Positions 17,741-27,210 of a DNA stretch of 32,000 nucleotides are shown piece after piece. Source of the DNA: Pseudoalteromonas tetraodonis (lineage in GTDB: Bacteria > Pseudomonadota > Gammaproteobacteria > Enterobacterales > Alteromonadaceae); assembly GCF_002310835.1 (NCBI RefSeq), contig NZ_CP011041.1:480001-512000 (forward strand), read 5' to 3'. The notes beneath the pieces are model-generated. The model was given only the letters and a program-made list of their open reading frames with translations, searched no databases and was not told where the DNA came from. The position numbers were made by a program, and so were the translations under genes. Within the stretch, counting starts at the first letter, position 1; the number at the start of each line of letters is the position of its first letter.

Positions 17741-18663
17741 TAGCTCTTAAAAGCGTCTTGTAGTGGTGGTACTACTTGCTTTTTACGGCTCAATACGCCA
17801 TCTAGCCATACTTTACCGTCTTCTGGCTTTTCACCATAGGCTTGCTCAACAAGGCTGGCATCGTCTGATGCAATCAGCATTTGTGAGCCTTCTTTCATAA
17901 TGTCGGTTAGTAGTAAAAATACTGAATGACGACCGCCTTCTTCTTTAAGCTTGGCAATGTCAGCTTCAAGGTCAGCTTTAATCTCGTCAAATACTGCAAG
18001 GTCAATAACTTCTAACTGACCAATGCCAACAAGGTTACCGTTCATGTTAAAGTCTTTAAAGTCACGCATTACTAAATCACGTACAGGCGTATCTTCAACG
18101 GCTGATTTAACGCGGAACATGTCCATGCCTAGTTCTTTAAAGTCTTCAATGCCTGCAATTTCAGCAAGGGCTTCAACACATTTAATGTCGGCAGTGGTAC
18201 AGGTTGGTGATTTAAAAATAACCGTGTCGCTTAATATGGCGCAAAGCATAATGCCAGCAATATCTTTAGGGATCTCTACGTTATAAAAATCGTACATCAT
18301 CTTAATAATGGTGTTAGAACAACCAACAGGGCGGATCCAGCACTCAAGTGGTGTTGATGAGGTTAGGTCACCTAACTTATGGTGATCTACCACGCCAACA
18401 ACGCGAGCTTGGTCGATATCATCAGGTGCTTGGGTTTTTTCTGTGTGGTCTACAATGTAAACGTCTTCGCCAGCGTAGCTAAGTTTAAGCTCAGGTGCTT
18501 CGAAGCCAAATTTATCTAAAATAAACTGTGTTTCTGGTGATACTTCACCAAGGCGGGTTGGAATTGCCGGCTCATCAATTTGGTTTTTTAAATAAGCCAG
18601 TGCAATTGCACCACATATTGAATCTGAATCTGGGATTTTATGGCCCACTACATACATTGACAT
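17740..18663 (-). CDS. ppaC: Manganese-dependent inorganic pyrophosphatase (family II, DHH family)
   Basis: MYVVGHKIPDSDSICGAIALAY, VDHHKLGD (DHH motif), DHHA2-like C-terminus. I use ATG 18663 (AAGGAG 7 nt upstream). The ORF-track start at 18699 adds 12 unsupported residues. Confidence 0.88.
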   Translation of the reverse strand: MSMYVVGHKIPDSDSICGAIALAYLKNQIDEPAIPTRLGEVSPETQFILDKFGFEAPELKLSYAGEDVYIVDHTEKTQAPDDIDQARVVGVVDHHKLGDLTSSTPLECWIRPVGCSNTIIKMMYDFYNVEIPKDIAGIMLCAILSDTVIFKSPTCTTADIKCVEALAEIAGIEDFKELGMDMFRVKSAVEDTPVRDLVMRDFKDFNMNGNLVGIGQLEVIDLAVFDEIKADLEADIAKLKEEGGRHSVFLLLTDIMKEGSQMLIASDDASLVEQAYGEKPEDGKVWLDGVLSRKKQVVPPLQDAFKS

Positions 18664-18780
18664 GACTAAACTCCTTAAAATTTGCCGATATTCTAGCAAA
18701 GTCTTTGGGTTTTAACATATAGACAGTGTAATTAAGTTTTGGTTACACTTTAAATCGATATTATTAATTGGAAGACCCAC

Positions 18781-19281
18781 ATGCAACTCGGCCGAAAAGG
18801 TTGGAACAATGTTATTATTTTTTCGATGTTGATTATGATCTTCTTTTTAAATGGACTGCATAAAAACATAGGGAATGATGAAACACAGGCACAATTGCAG
18901 CCACTACTTCCTTCGCAAAGTTTTGTATTAACGCTTAAATTTATCGACCAAAAAATTGAGCGTATTGGCACTAGTTGGCGTACTACTGCTTTGCAAAAAA
19001 GTGTACCGCTTAGTTGGCAAGGCTCAGAGCAGCAACTTAGTGAGCTAGTTTATTTATGGCAAAATACCGCGCTGATGACCACCACTACACCTGATGCGCT
19101 TGATATGAATAAGCCACTATCGGTAGCCACGCTTGAACTCGCCGGTGAGTCCTTACCTTGGGTGTACTTATTATATGAAGCAAATGGTCAGTATTATCTA
19201 TTCGATAAAACCAGTCAGCGATTATTGTTGCTAGATTTAACTACTGCAAAACAATTATTTCCAAGTTTTACCTTTTCATAA
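18781..19281 (+). CDS. Hypothetical protein with N-terminal membrane anchor
   Basis: 166-aa ORF with a hydrophobic N-terminal segment (VIIFSMLIMIFFL). It ends 13 bp before mutM. I recognise no family. Confidence 0.45.
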   Translation: MQLGRKGWNNVIIFSMLIMIFFLNGLHKNIGNDETQAQLQPLLPSQSFVLTLKFIDQKIERIGTSWRTTALQKSVPLSWQGSEQQLSELVYLWQNTALMTTTTPDALDMNKPLSVATLELAGESLPWVYLLYEANGQYYLFDKTSQRLLLLDLTTAKQLFPSFTFS

Positions 19282-19294
19282 GTGAGTTTTATAA

Positions 19295-20104
19295 ATGCCT
19301 GAATTACCAGAAGTAGAAGTTAGCCGTATGGGTATTACCCCCCATGTGCTAAACCAAGTTGTGACTAAGGTAAATATTCATAATGCCAGTATGCGCTGGC
19401 CTGTGCCAGATGAGGTGTATCAACTTGAGGGGGTAGTGGTTAGCAGTATTGAACGACGTGCAAAATACTTATTGTTAGAATGCGAGCTAGGCTCGGCTAT
19501 ATTGCATTTAGGTATGTCGGGTAACTTGCGGGTTGTGAACGCCAATGAGCCACTTAAAAAGCATGACCATGTTGAGTTTATTTTAGCGAATAATAAGGCG
19601 CTGCGTTTAAACGATCCACGTCGCTTTGGTTGCTGTTTATGGCAAGCCCCCAATGAAGAGCATAAGTTACTTGCTAAATTAGGCCCCGAGCCACTCACCG
19701 ATGACTTTTTTGCTAAACGTGTTTATGAGCAATCTCGTAATAAAAAAGTGCCTGTTAAACAGTTTATTACGAATAACGCCGTGGTGGTGGGGGTTGGTAA
19801 TATTTACGCTAACGAATCATTATTTAAAGCGGGTATCGATCCGCGAAAAGAAGCAGGTAAGGTAAGCCTTAAACGCTACCAAGCGTTAATCCCAATTATA
19901 AAAGACACCCTAGCCGCAGCAATTACTCAAGGCGGCACAACGCTGAAAGACTTTGCCCAAAGTGACGGTAAGCCAGGCTACTTTGCGCAGCAGCTATTAG
20001 TGTATGGCCGAAAAGGCCAGCCTTGTGTAAATTGCGAGAGCGAACTAACTGAAATTCGTCTAGGGCAACGCAGTACCGTTTTTTGTGAGGTGTGTCAGAA
20101 GTAG
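19295..20104 (+). CDS. mutM: Formamidopyrimidine-DNA glycosylase (Fpg)
   Basis: 269 aa. N-terminal MPELPEVE catalytic motif and C-terminal zinc finger CVNCES...FCEVCQ. Confidence 0.95.
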   Translation: MPELPEVEVSRMGITPHVLNQVVTKVNIHNASMRWPVPDEVYQLEGVVVSSIERRAKYLLLECELGSAILHLGMSGNLRVVNANEPLKKHDHVEFILANNKALRLNDPRRFGCCLWQAPNEEHKLLAKLGPEPLTDDFFAKRVYEQSRNKKVPVKQFITNNAVVVGVGNIYANESLFKAGIDPRKEAGKVSLKRYQALIPIIKDTLAAAITQGGTTLKDFAQSDGKPGYFAQQLLVYGRKGQPCVNCESELTEIRLGQRSTVFCEVCQK

Positions 20105-20109
20105 AGAAT

Positions 20110-20144
20110 AGCTGTCAGCTGTAAGTTTTCAGCTGTCAGTAAGA
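20110..20144. repeat. Short heptamer array: agctgtc agctgta agttttc agctgtc agtaaga
   Basis: Read directly between the mutM stop and the paralogue B stop. It contains the imperfect hairpin ctgtcagctg / cagctgtcag (20112-20139). Confidence 0.85.
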
Positions 20145-20148
20145 ATGG

Positions 20149-20496
20149 TTACTCACTTGTTTTTATTTTTGCTATCAAACTTGTTAGCATTTTTGACAGC
20201 TGGACTGTTTCATTTAGCCAAGACTTACCTATGTCGGTATCAATATAGTTAATATCGATGCCAATATATATTTGGGTTCTTGCCTCAGCAAGCGAAGAGC
20301 GAGCGATATCTAAAAAGCGTGTTTTTTCTTTATCACTCTCTCTTGTCATGCCCTCAGCTATATTACTAGGAACAGATAAACCAGAGCGTGTTAATTGATC
20401 TCTAAAGCTAAAGTCTTTAATTAGTTGTGTATTTCTGTAAATATCAGCGCTAAGGCGAGCTGAGCGCTTCCATACATCTAAGTTTTCAAAGTTCAT
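20149..20496 (-). CDS. Four-helix-bundle protein, 23S rRNA intervening-sequence protein / Avd family (paralogue B)
   Basis: 115 aa, aligning along its full length with paralogue A (MNFENLDVWKRS..DQLTRSGLSVPSNIAEG..RFLDIARSSLAEARTQIYIG). RBS AAGGA upstream. Confidence 0.85.
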   Translation of the reverse strand: MNFENLDVWKRSARLSADIYRNTQLIKDFSFRDQLTRSGLSVPSNIAEGMTRESDKEKTRFLDIARSSLAEARTQIYIGIDINYIDTDIGKSWLNETVQLSKMLTSLIAKIKTSE

Positions 20497-20609
20497 AATA
20501 CAAAATCCTTATGCTCAGTTTTTATCCTAGTTGATATTTTATTAACTACAAATATCTATTTTCAGCAAGGAAGTATTTTCTGTTGACTCTAAAGTTATAA
20601 TTAGCTTTT

Positions 20610-21138
<529 letters not shown>

Positions 21139-21194
21139 GTAATAACTTTTCTTGAGGAAAAAACAACCGGCCGGTAGCAATGTGATTTAAGTGC

Positions 21195-21203
21195 TGGTAT
21201 ACT
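21195..21203 (+). promoter_or_regulatory. Candidate extended -10 element (TGgTATACT) for rplM-rpsI
   Basis: It matches TGnTATAAT in 8 of 9 positions, about 155 bp upstream of the rplM ATG and about 57 bp to the right of the CTGACCG array. There is no good -35, and this is sequence match only. Confidence 0.3.
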
Positions 21204-21358
21204 CCCGCGTCTGCCACGTTGCGTTCTATGTCCTCATATAGTTTAGCCACTTGTGAGCGGCGCAAAAGTCTAAAACTCGAAGGGGTTGTAGCAAACTTAG
21301 AGCGGTAGTTAAACATAACTACCTGTGGTTTTAATTGAAAAACATTGGATTTTTATAA

Positions 21359-21787
21359 ATGAAAACGTTTGTTGCTAAACCAGAAACAGTAAAACGTGAC
21401 TGGTACGTAGTTGACGCTGAAGGTAAAACTTTAGGTCGCATCGCTACTGAAATCGCTCATCGCCTACGCGGTAAGCATAAAGCTGAGTACACACCGCACG
21501 TAGATACTGGTGATTACATCATCGTTATTAACGCTGAGAAAGTTACTGTTACTGGTAATAAATTCAAAGACAAAGTGTACTATGCTCACTCTGGTTTCCC
21601 AGGTGGTCTTAAGTCTACTACTTTTGATAAACTTCAAGCTGCAAAGCCTGAAATGATCATCGAAAAAGCTGTTAAAGGCATGTTGCCACGTGGTCCTTTA
21701 GGCCGCGCTATGTACCGTAAACTTAAAGTTTACGCGGGTACTGAGCACAATCATGCTGCACAACAGCCTCAGGTTCTAGACATTTAA
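21359..21787 (+). CDS. rplM: 50S ribosomal protein L13
   Basis: 142 aa; [27 protein letters not shown].. is canonical L13. Confidence 0.97.
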   Translation: MKTFVAKPETVKRDWYVVDAEGKTLGRIATEIAHRLRGKHKAEYTPHVDTGDYIIVINAEKVTVTGNKFKDKVYYAHSGFPGGLKSTTFDKLQAAKPEMIIEKAVKGMLPRGPLGRAMYRKLKVYAGTEHNHAAQQPQVLDI

Positions 21788-21798
21788 GGAGCACTATC

Positions 21799-22188
21799 AT
21801 GGCAAATCAATACTACGGTACAGGTCGTCGTAAAAGTTCAAGTGCTCGCGTATTCTTACGCCCAGGCACTGGTAACATCGTAATCAACAAGCGCTCTTTA
21901 GAAGAGTACTTTGGTCGCGAAACAGCACGCATGGTTGTTCGTCAAGCTCTTGAGCTTGTTGACATGACTGAAAAGTTTGACTTACACATCACCGTTGCTG
22001 GTGGTGGTACTACTGGTCAAGCTGGTGCTATCCGTCACGGTATCACTCGTGCACTTATGGAGTTTGACGAGTCATTACGTCCACAACTTCGTAAAGCAGG
22101 TTTCGTTACTCGTGATGCACGTAAAGTTGAACGTAAGAAAGTGGGTCTTAAGAAAGCGCGTAAGCGTCCACAGTTCTCAAAACGTTAA
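21799..22188 (+). CDS. rpsI: 30S ribosomal protein S9
   Basis: 129 aa; [16 protein letters not shown]...[18 protein letters not shown] is canonical S9. Confidence 0.97.
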   Translation: MANQYYGTGRRKSSSARVFLRPGTGNIVINKRSLEEYFGRETARMVVRQALELVDMTEKFDLHITVAGGGTTGQAGAIRHGITRALMEFDESLRPQLRKAGFVTRDARKVERKKVGLKKARKRPQFSKR

Positions 22189-22209
22189 TTTTTACGTTAT
22201 CAAGAATTC

Positions 22210-22236
22210 AAAAACCCAGCTTATGCTGGGTTTTTT
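22210..22236 (+). terminator. Rho-independent terminator of rplM-rpsI
   Basis: aaaaacccagc-ttat-gctgggtttttt, 22 bp after the rpsI stop. Confidence 0.85.
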
Positions 22237-22257
22237 GTTTTGTAGCTATAAGATTTT

Positions 22258-22901
22258 GGTTCAAGGTTCAAGGTTCAAGGTTCAAGGTTCAAGGTTCAAG
22301 GTTCAAGACTCAAGGTTCAAGGTTCAAGGTTCAAGGTTCAAGGTTCAAGGTTCAAGGTTCAAGGTTCAAGGTTCAAGGTTCAAGGTTCAAGGTTCAAGGT
22401 TCAAGGTTCAAGGTTCAAGGTTCAAGGTTCAAGGTTCAAAGCTCAAGGTTCAAAGCTCAAGGTTCAAGGTTCAAGGTTCAAGGTTCAAGGTTCAAGGTTC
22501 AAGGTTCAAGGTTCAAGGTTCAAGGTTCAAGGTTCAAGGTTCAAGGTTCAAGGTTCAAGGTTCAAGGTTCAAGGTTCAAGGTTCAAGGTTCAAGGTTCAA
22601 GGTTCAAGGTTCAAGGTTCAAGGTTCAAGGTTCAAGGTTCAAGGTTCAAGGTTCAAGGTTCAAGGTTCAAGGTTCAAGGTTCAAGGTTCAAGGTTCAAGG
22701 TTCAAGGTTCAAGGTTCAAGGTTCAAGGTTCAAGGTTCAAGGTTCAAGGTTCAAGGTTCAAGGTTCAAGGTTCAAGGTTCAAGGTTCAAGGTTCAAGGTT
22801 CAAAGCTCAAGGAGCAAGGTTCAAGGTTCAAGGAGCAAGGTTCAAGGTTCAAGGTTCAAGGTTCAAGGTTCAAGACTCAAGGTTCAAGACTCAAGGTTCA
22901 A
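22258..22901. repeat. Giant heptanucleotide tandem array (GGTTCAA)n, 92 copies
   Basis: Read directly: 644 bp in constant phase. Variant units are gactcaa (units 8, 89, 91), agctcaa (27, 29, 79) and ggagcaa (80, 83). Units 30-78 are perfect. Confidence 0.97.
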
Positions 22902-22981
22902 GCTATAAGTTTGATCTAAGCTTTGTGTCTTTCTTATTTTACAGTTATAAGTTAAGCATGTTTTAGCTGACTGGTTATGTT

Positions 22982-23329
22982 ATGAGGTTTGAAGATTTAA
23001 GGGTATGGCAACGTTCAGCCGATTTAGCTTGCGAGATTTATTTACATTTTAAGCAGAGTAAAGAGTTTGGTTTAAAAGATCAAATAACACGATCTGCGCT
23101 TTCAATTTCTTCAAATATAGCAGAGGGTTATGAACGGGTAACACCTAAAGATTATACTCGATTTTTATCATATTCTAAGGGGAGTTGTGGAGAATTACGC
23201 TCTCAAATTTACATTGCATTAAAAATAGGAGAGGTTGATACGACAAAGGCCACTGAATGGATTGAGGAAACTCGTGAACTTTCCCGTATGATTTCAGCAT
23301 TGATGAAATCAATCGATGCTTGGGAATAA
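22982..23329 (+). CDS. Four-helix-bundle protein, 23S rRNA intervening-sequence protein / Avd family (paralogue C)
   Basis: 115 aa. MRFEDLRVWQRS..DQITRSALSISSNIAEG..RFLSYSKGSCGELRSQIYIA has the same architecture as A and B but is more diverged. The Shine-Dalgarno is weak. Confidence 0.8.
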   Translation: MRFEDLRVWQRSADLACEIYLHFKQSKEFGLKDQITRSALSISSNIAEGYERVTPKDYTRFLSYSKGSCGELRSQIYIALKIGEVDTTKATEWIEETRELSRMISALMKSIDAWE

Positions 23330-23373
23330 GAGGTTCAAAATTTAATATTCATTCAAAAATATATGAGTATGTT

Positions 23374-23429
23374 TCGCCTTTCGCCTTTCACCTTTCACCT
23401 TTCATCTTTCATCTTTCATCTTTCATCTT
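23374..23429. repeat. Heptamer array with stepwise variants: (TCGCCTT)2 (TCACCTT)2 (TCATCTT)4
   Basis: Read directly, 45 bp downstream of the paralogue C stop. Confidence 0.95.
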
Positions 23430-23908
23430 CAATTTTCCCTTTAAGACTAATGTCGACATTAGCTTGATCAAAATAGGCCAAGTATGCGTATTTATTGAAC
23501 GAAAGCTTAAAAATGACCGACTAACGCAAAAAAAGTTAAATAATTATCGCAATTAGTTTAAATCCATCAGTTAATTGGTGAATTTTTTTGCTACAATTGG
23601 CGGGCAAATAAAGTGAATGAGTTTAATGTCGCCAAATTCAGTGGTTACTTTACTTAGTTGGTGAGATTGTACTTGTTTACAAATTGTTTTTACGGAAGCG
23701 ATACTATAGTCATTTGGTTTCATACTCGAGCTAACTTAATCAACTATTTGAGCAAGTCAGGATTATTCGAGCAGGAGGCTGTGAATAACCTTGTTTTAAA
23801 CAAGGGTTTTAATTATGATCGTTTCTCTTTTAAAATTCGAAAAATTAACCTGCTGTAACTGATGTTCTCAATATAGCAAGTGTTGAGAATCATAGTGGAG
23901 ATAAGTGG

Positions 23909-24499
23909 ATGAGCAATGCGCCTGTAGACAATGGCCGACGTCGCTTTTTAACCATAGCTACCTCTGTTGTTGGTGGTGTTGGTGCGGCTGGGGCTGCTGT
24001 TCCTTTTATTGCGTCTTGGAATCCAAGTGAGCGAGCTAAATCTGCGGGTGCGCCTGTAGAAGTAGATATCAGCAAACTTGAGCCAGGACAATTAATACGT
24101 GTCGAGTGGCGTGGTAAACCTGTATGGGTTGTATCACGGACCCCAAAAATGCTTGAGCAGATGAAAGAACATGAAGGTCAACTTCGTGATCCGCAATCGC
24201 AAGAGCCACAACAATTAGAATCATCAACCAATGATTTCCGTTCATTACGCCCAGAGATTTTTGTCGCTGTAGGTATTTGTACGCATTTGGGTTGTTCACC
24301 TAGCTTTTTACAAGGTGGCTTTGGTGAGAAAGTGGAAGGGACTGATGACGGTTTTTACTGTCCATGTCACGGTTCTAAGTTTGATATGGCCGGCCGTGTA
24401 TTTCAATCGGTACCTGCACCATTAAATTTAGAAGTTCCACCATATACTTTTCTTGATGAGACCACTATTTTAGTGGGCGAAGAACAAGGGGTGGCCTAA
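23909..24499 (+). CDS. petA: Ubiquinol-cytochrome c reductase iron-sulfur (Rieske) subunit
   Basis: 196 aa. Tat-like RRRFL N-terminus and Rieske boxes CTHLGC and CPCHGS. Confidence 0.95.
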   Translation: MSNAPVDNGRRRFLTIATSVVGGVGAAGAAVPFIASWNPSERAKSAGAPVEVDISKLEPGQLIRVEWRGKPVWVVSRTPKMLEQMKEHEGQLRDPQSQEPQQLESSTNDFRSLRPEIFVAVGICTHLGCSPSFLQGGFGEKVEGTDDGFYCPCHGSKFDMAGRVFQSVPAPLNLEVPPYTFLDETTILVGEEQGVA

Positions 24500-25764
24500 T
24501 GTTTGGAAAAATTGTTGAGTGGATAGACGACCGTATCCCAATGACACGTGTTTGGAACATGCACATTGCACAGTATCCAGCACCAAAAAACTTTAACTTC
24601 TGGTACTTCTTTGGCTCACTCGCTATGTTAGTACTAGTTAACCAAATCCTTACCGGTATTTGGTTAACGATGAACTATGTACCATCTGCTGAAGGTGCGT
24701 TTGCATCAGTAGAATACATCATGCGTGATGTAGAGTACGGTTGGTTATTACGTTATTTGCATTCAACGGGTGCATCTGCGTTCTTCATCGTTGTTTACAT
24801 GCATATGTTCCGTGGCATGATCTACGGTTCTTACCAAAAACCACGTGAATTACTGTGGTTATTCGGTATGTTTATTTTCCTAGCCCTAATGGCTGAAGCA
24901 TTCATGGGTTACTTATTACCATGGGGCCAAATGTCGTTCTGGGGTGCACAGGTAATCATTTCATTATTCGGGGCTATCCCGGTTATTGGTGATGATTTAA
25001 CACTGTGGATCCGTGGTGACTACGTTATTTCGGGTGCAACGCTTAACCGCTTCTTTGCATTACATGTAATTGCACTGCCATTGGTTATTGTTATCTTAGT
25101 ATTTTTACACATTGTTGCACTACACGAAGTGGGTTCAAACAACCCAGACGGTATTGATAACAAACGTAAAAAAGGAACTGTGGCTGAAGAAGATAAGCCT
25201 AAATTTAAGTTCCATGAATACTACACTGATAAAAAAGACATCATTGATGCGATTCCGTTCCACCCTTATTACACAGTAAAAGATATTGTGGGTGTGGTTG
25301 GCTTCTTAATCTTGTTCTGTTGGGTGGTGTTCTTTATGCCTGCTATGGGTGGTTTCTTCTTAGAAGCGCCAAACTTTGAACCGGCAAACCCACTCAAAAC
25401 ACCAGCGCATATTTTCCCTGTTTGGTACTTTACGCCGTTTTATGCAATCTTACGTGCGATTCCAGACAAGCTAATGGGTGTTGCAGCAATGGGTGCATCT
25501 ATTGTCGTGCTAGCATTATTGCCTTGGATTGACCGTGGTTCGGTTCGTTCAGTTCGTTACCGTTGTGGTTTCCACAAATGGAACATTGCAGGCTTTGTAG
25601 TTACTTTCGTTCTTTTAGGTTGGGTTGGTGCTACACCTCAAACTGACTTTAAAACGCTTGTTTCGCAAATCTGTACTGTGACTTACTTTATGTTCTTCGT
25701 ACTGTTATTTGTTTACAGTAAGAATGAAAAAACTAAGCCATTGCCTGAGAGGTTAACGAAATGA
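24499..25764 (+). CDS. petB: Cytochrome b (bc1 complex)
   Basis: 421 aa polytopic protein. RYLHSTGAS and FALHV heme-ligand regions and a PEWY-like PVWYF. Its start overlaps the petA stop. Confidence 0.95.
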   Translation: MFGKIVEWIDDRIPMTRVWNMHIAQYPAPKNFNFWYFFGSLAMLVLVNQILTGIWLTMNYVPSAEGAFASVEYIMRDVEYGWLLRYLHSTGASAFFIVVYMHMFRGMIYGSYQKPRELLWLFGMFIFLALMAEAFMGYLLPWGQMSFWGAQVIISLFGAIPVIGDDLTLWIRGDYVISGATLNRFFALHVIALPLVIVILVFLHIVALHEVGSNNPDGIDNKRKKGTVAEEDKPKFKFHEYYTDKKDIIDAIPFHPYYTVKDIVGVVGFLILFCWVVFFMPAMGGFFLEAPNFEPANPLKTPAHIFPVWYFTPFYAILRAIPDKLMGVAAMGASIVVLALLPWIDRGSVRSVRYRCGFHKWNIAGFVVTFVLLGWVGATPQTDFKTLVSQICTVTYFMFFVLLFVYSKNEKTKPLPERLTK

Positions 25765-26504
25765 TGAAAAAGCTACTTATTGGTTTATTCGCTTTATCAG
25801 TAAACGTATTACCAGCAATGGCGGCAGGCCCGTCAGTTCCTCTAATGGAAGCGGGTAACGATATATCTGATCAACCTTCTTTGCAACGTGGCGCAAAGTT
25901 GTTCATGAACTACTGTCTTGGTTGTCACCAAATGCAGTATCAACGTTATGAACGTACTTTCCGCGATATTGGTATTCCAACAGAGATTGGTCAAGAGCAA
26001 CTTATTTTTGATGGTTCAAAAGTAGGTAGTCATATCAATAATGCAATGAAGAAAGAAGATGCTGCAAAATGGTTTGGTGCGGCTCCGCCGGATCTAACAA
26101 ATGTTGCGCGTGTGCGTGGCAGTGATTGGATTTATACCTATTTAAAATCGTTTTACAAAGATGAATCTCGTCCGTTTGGCGTAAATAATACGTTATTCCC
26201 ATCGGTGGGTATGCCACATGTTCTTCAAGAGTTGCAAGGTGTTCCTACTGCAATTACTGAAGAAGTAACAGTAAATGGTAAAACAACCACTCATATTACT
26301 GGTACAGAAACAGATGGTACGGGCGAATTAAGTGTAGATGAATATGACCAAGCAGTTCGTGATTTAACGAATTTCCTAGAGTATGTAGGTGAACCTACAC
26401 GTCTCGAATCGGAAGCGCTAGGTATTAAGGTACTTGGATTCTTAGTGATTCTATTTATCTTGGCATTTATGCTGAAGAAAGAATACTGGAGAGATGTTCA
26501 TTAA
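25761..26504 (+). CDS. petC: Cytochrome c1
   Basis: 247 aa. Signal peptide, CLGCH heme-binding motif, C-terminal membrane anchor. It overlaps petB by 4 bp. Confidence 0.93.
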   Translation: MMKKLLIGLFALSVNVLPAMAAGPSVPLMEAGNDISDQPSLQRGAKLFMNYCLGCHQMQYQRYERTFRDIGIPTEIGQEQLIFDGSKVGSHINNAMKKEDAAKWFGAAPPDLTNVARVRGSDWIYTYLKSFYKDESRPFGVNNTLFPSVGMPHVLQELQGVPTAITEEVTVNGKTTTHITGTETDGTGELSVDEYDQAVRDLTNFLEYVGEPTRLESEALGIKVLGFLVILFILAFMLKKEYWRDVH

Positions 26505-26530
26505 GTTTGAACATATTTAAAGGTAATTTT

Positions 26531-26562
26531 GCAATAGGGGCTTAAGCCCCTATTGCTGTTTT
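26531..26562 (+). terminator. Rho-independent terminator/attenuator after petC
   Basis: gcaataggggc-ttaa-gcccctattgc followed by tgtttt. Confidence 0.75.
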
Positions 26563-26583
26563 AGTTATTTAATGGAGGTAGGC

Positions 26584-27210
26584 ATGGCCGTAGCTGCCAA
26601 TAAGCGCCCTGTAATGACCCTTTTTTCTGGTGCTAACTGTATGTATAGCCACCAAGTACGCATTGTACTTGCTGAAAAAGGTGTAAGTGTAGATATTCAT
26701 ATGGCTGAAAAGGATAATCTGCCAGAAGCACTTCACGAAATTAACCCTTACGGCACAGTGCCAACACTGATTGACCGTGAGCTTGGTTTATATCAGGCAA
26801 ACATCATCATGGAATACCTTGATGAACGTTTTCCTCATCCTCCACTAATGCCTGTATACCCGGTCATGCGTGGTCGTAGTCGTTTAATGATGCACCGTAT
26901 TGATACTGATTGGTACAGCCTAGCTGAAAAAATCATTAACAACACGTCTGAAGCAGCGCAAGCGCGTAAAGAGCTGACAGAAGCATTACTTGCAATAGCA
27001 CCCATCTTTAGTGAAGCGCCTTACTTTATGAGTGAAGAGTTTAGCTTAGTTGATTGTTACTTAGCTCCACTATTATGGCGTTTACCTGAGTTTGGTATTG
27101 AGCTAAATGGTGCAGGCTCTAAAGAACTTAAAGAGTATATGATCCGTTTATTTGAACGTGAATCATTCCAAGCTTCTTTAACTGAAGCAGAGCGTGAGAT
27201 CCGTTTATAA
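26584..27210 (+). CDS. sspA: Stringent starvation protein A
   Basis: MAVAANKRPVMTLFSG.. matches the E. coli SspA N-terminus. GGAGG lies 5 nt before ATG 26584; the ORF-track start at 26572 adds 4 residues. Confidence 0.93.
   Translation: MAVAANKRPVMTLFSGANCMYSHQVRIVLAEKGVSVDIHMAEKDNLPEALHEINPYGTVPTLIDRELGLYQANIIMEYLDERFPHPPLMPVYPVMRGRSRLMMHRIDTDWYSLAEKIINNTSEAAQARKELTEALLAIAPIFSEAPYFMSEEFSLVDCYLAPLLWRLPEFGIELNGAGSKELKEYMIRLFERESFQASLTEAEREIRL

Noticed and set aside
17581-17763. 60-aa ORF across the ppaC 3' cassette (..EPRTSNLEPRTSNL..)
   Set aside because: It is a translation of the REP hairpin, terminator and TCGAACC array, and it overlaps the ppaC 3' end. It is a repeat artefact.
18664-18699. 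N-terminal extensions in the ORF track for ppaC (12 aa) and, similarly, sspA (26572-26583, 4 aa)
   Set aside because: Strong Shine-Dalgarno sequences precede the internal ATGs (18663 and 26584), and the resulting N-termini match the conserved family starts (MSMYVVGH.., MAVAANKR..).
21977-22966. 329-aa plus-strand ORF translating (GGTTCAA)n as (GSRFKVQ)n
   Set aside because: It starts inside rpsI in a different frame and passes through the rpsI terminator. It is open only because the heptamer lacks stop triplets. This is an artefact of the repeat.
23320-23858. ORFs 23320-23556 (78 aa) and 23658-23858 (66 aa) upstream of petA
   Set aside because: The first overlaps the paralogue C stop and reads through the TCRYCTT heptamer array (SPFAFHLSPFIFHLSSFIF). 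The second has no RBS and no recognisable family. The region is more likely the petABC promoter and leader.
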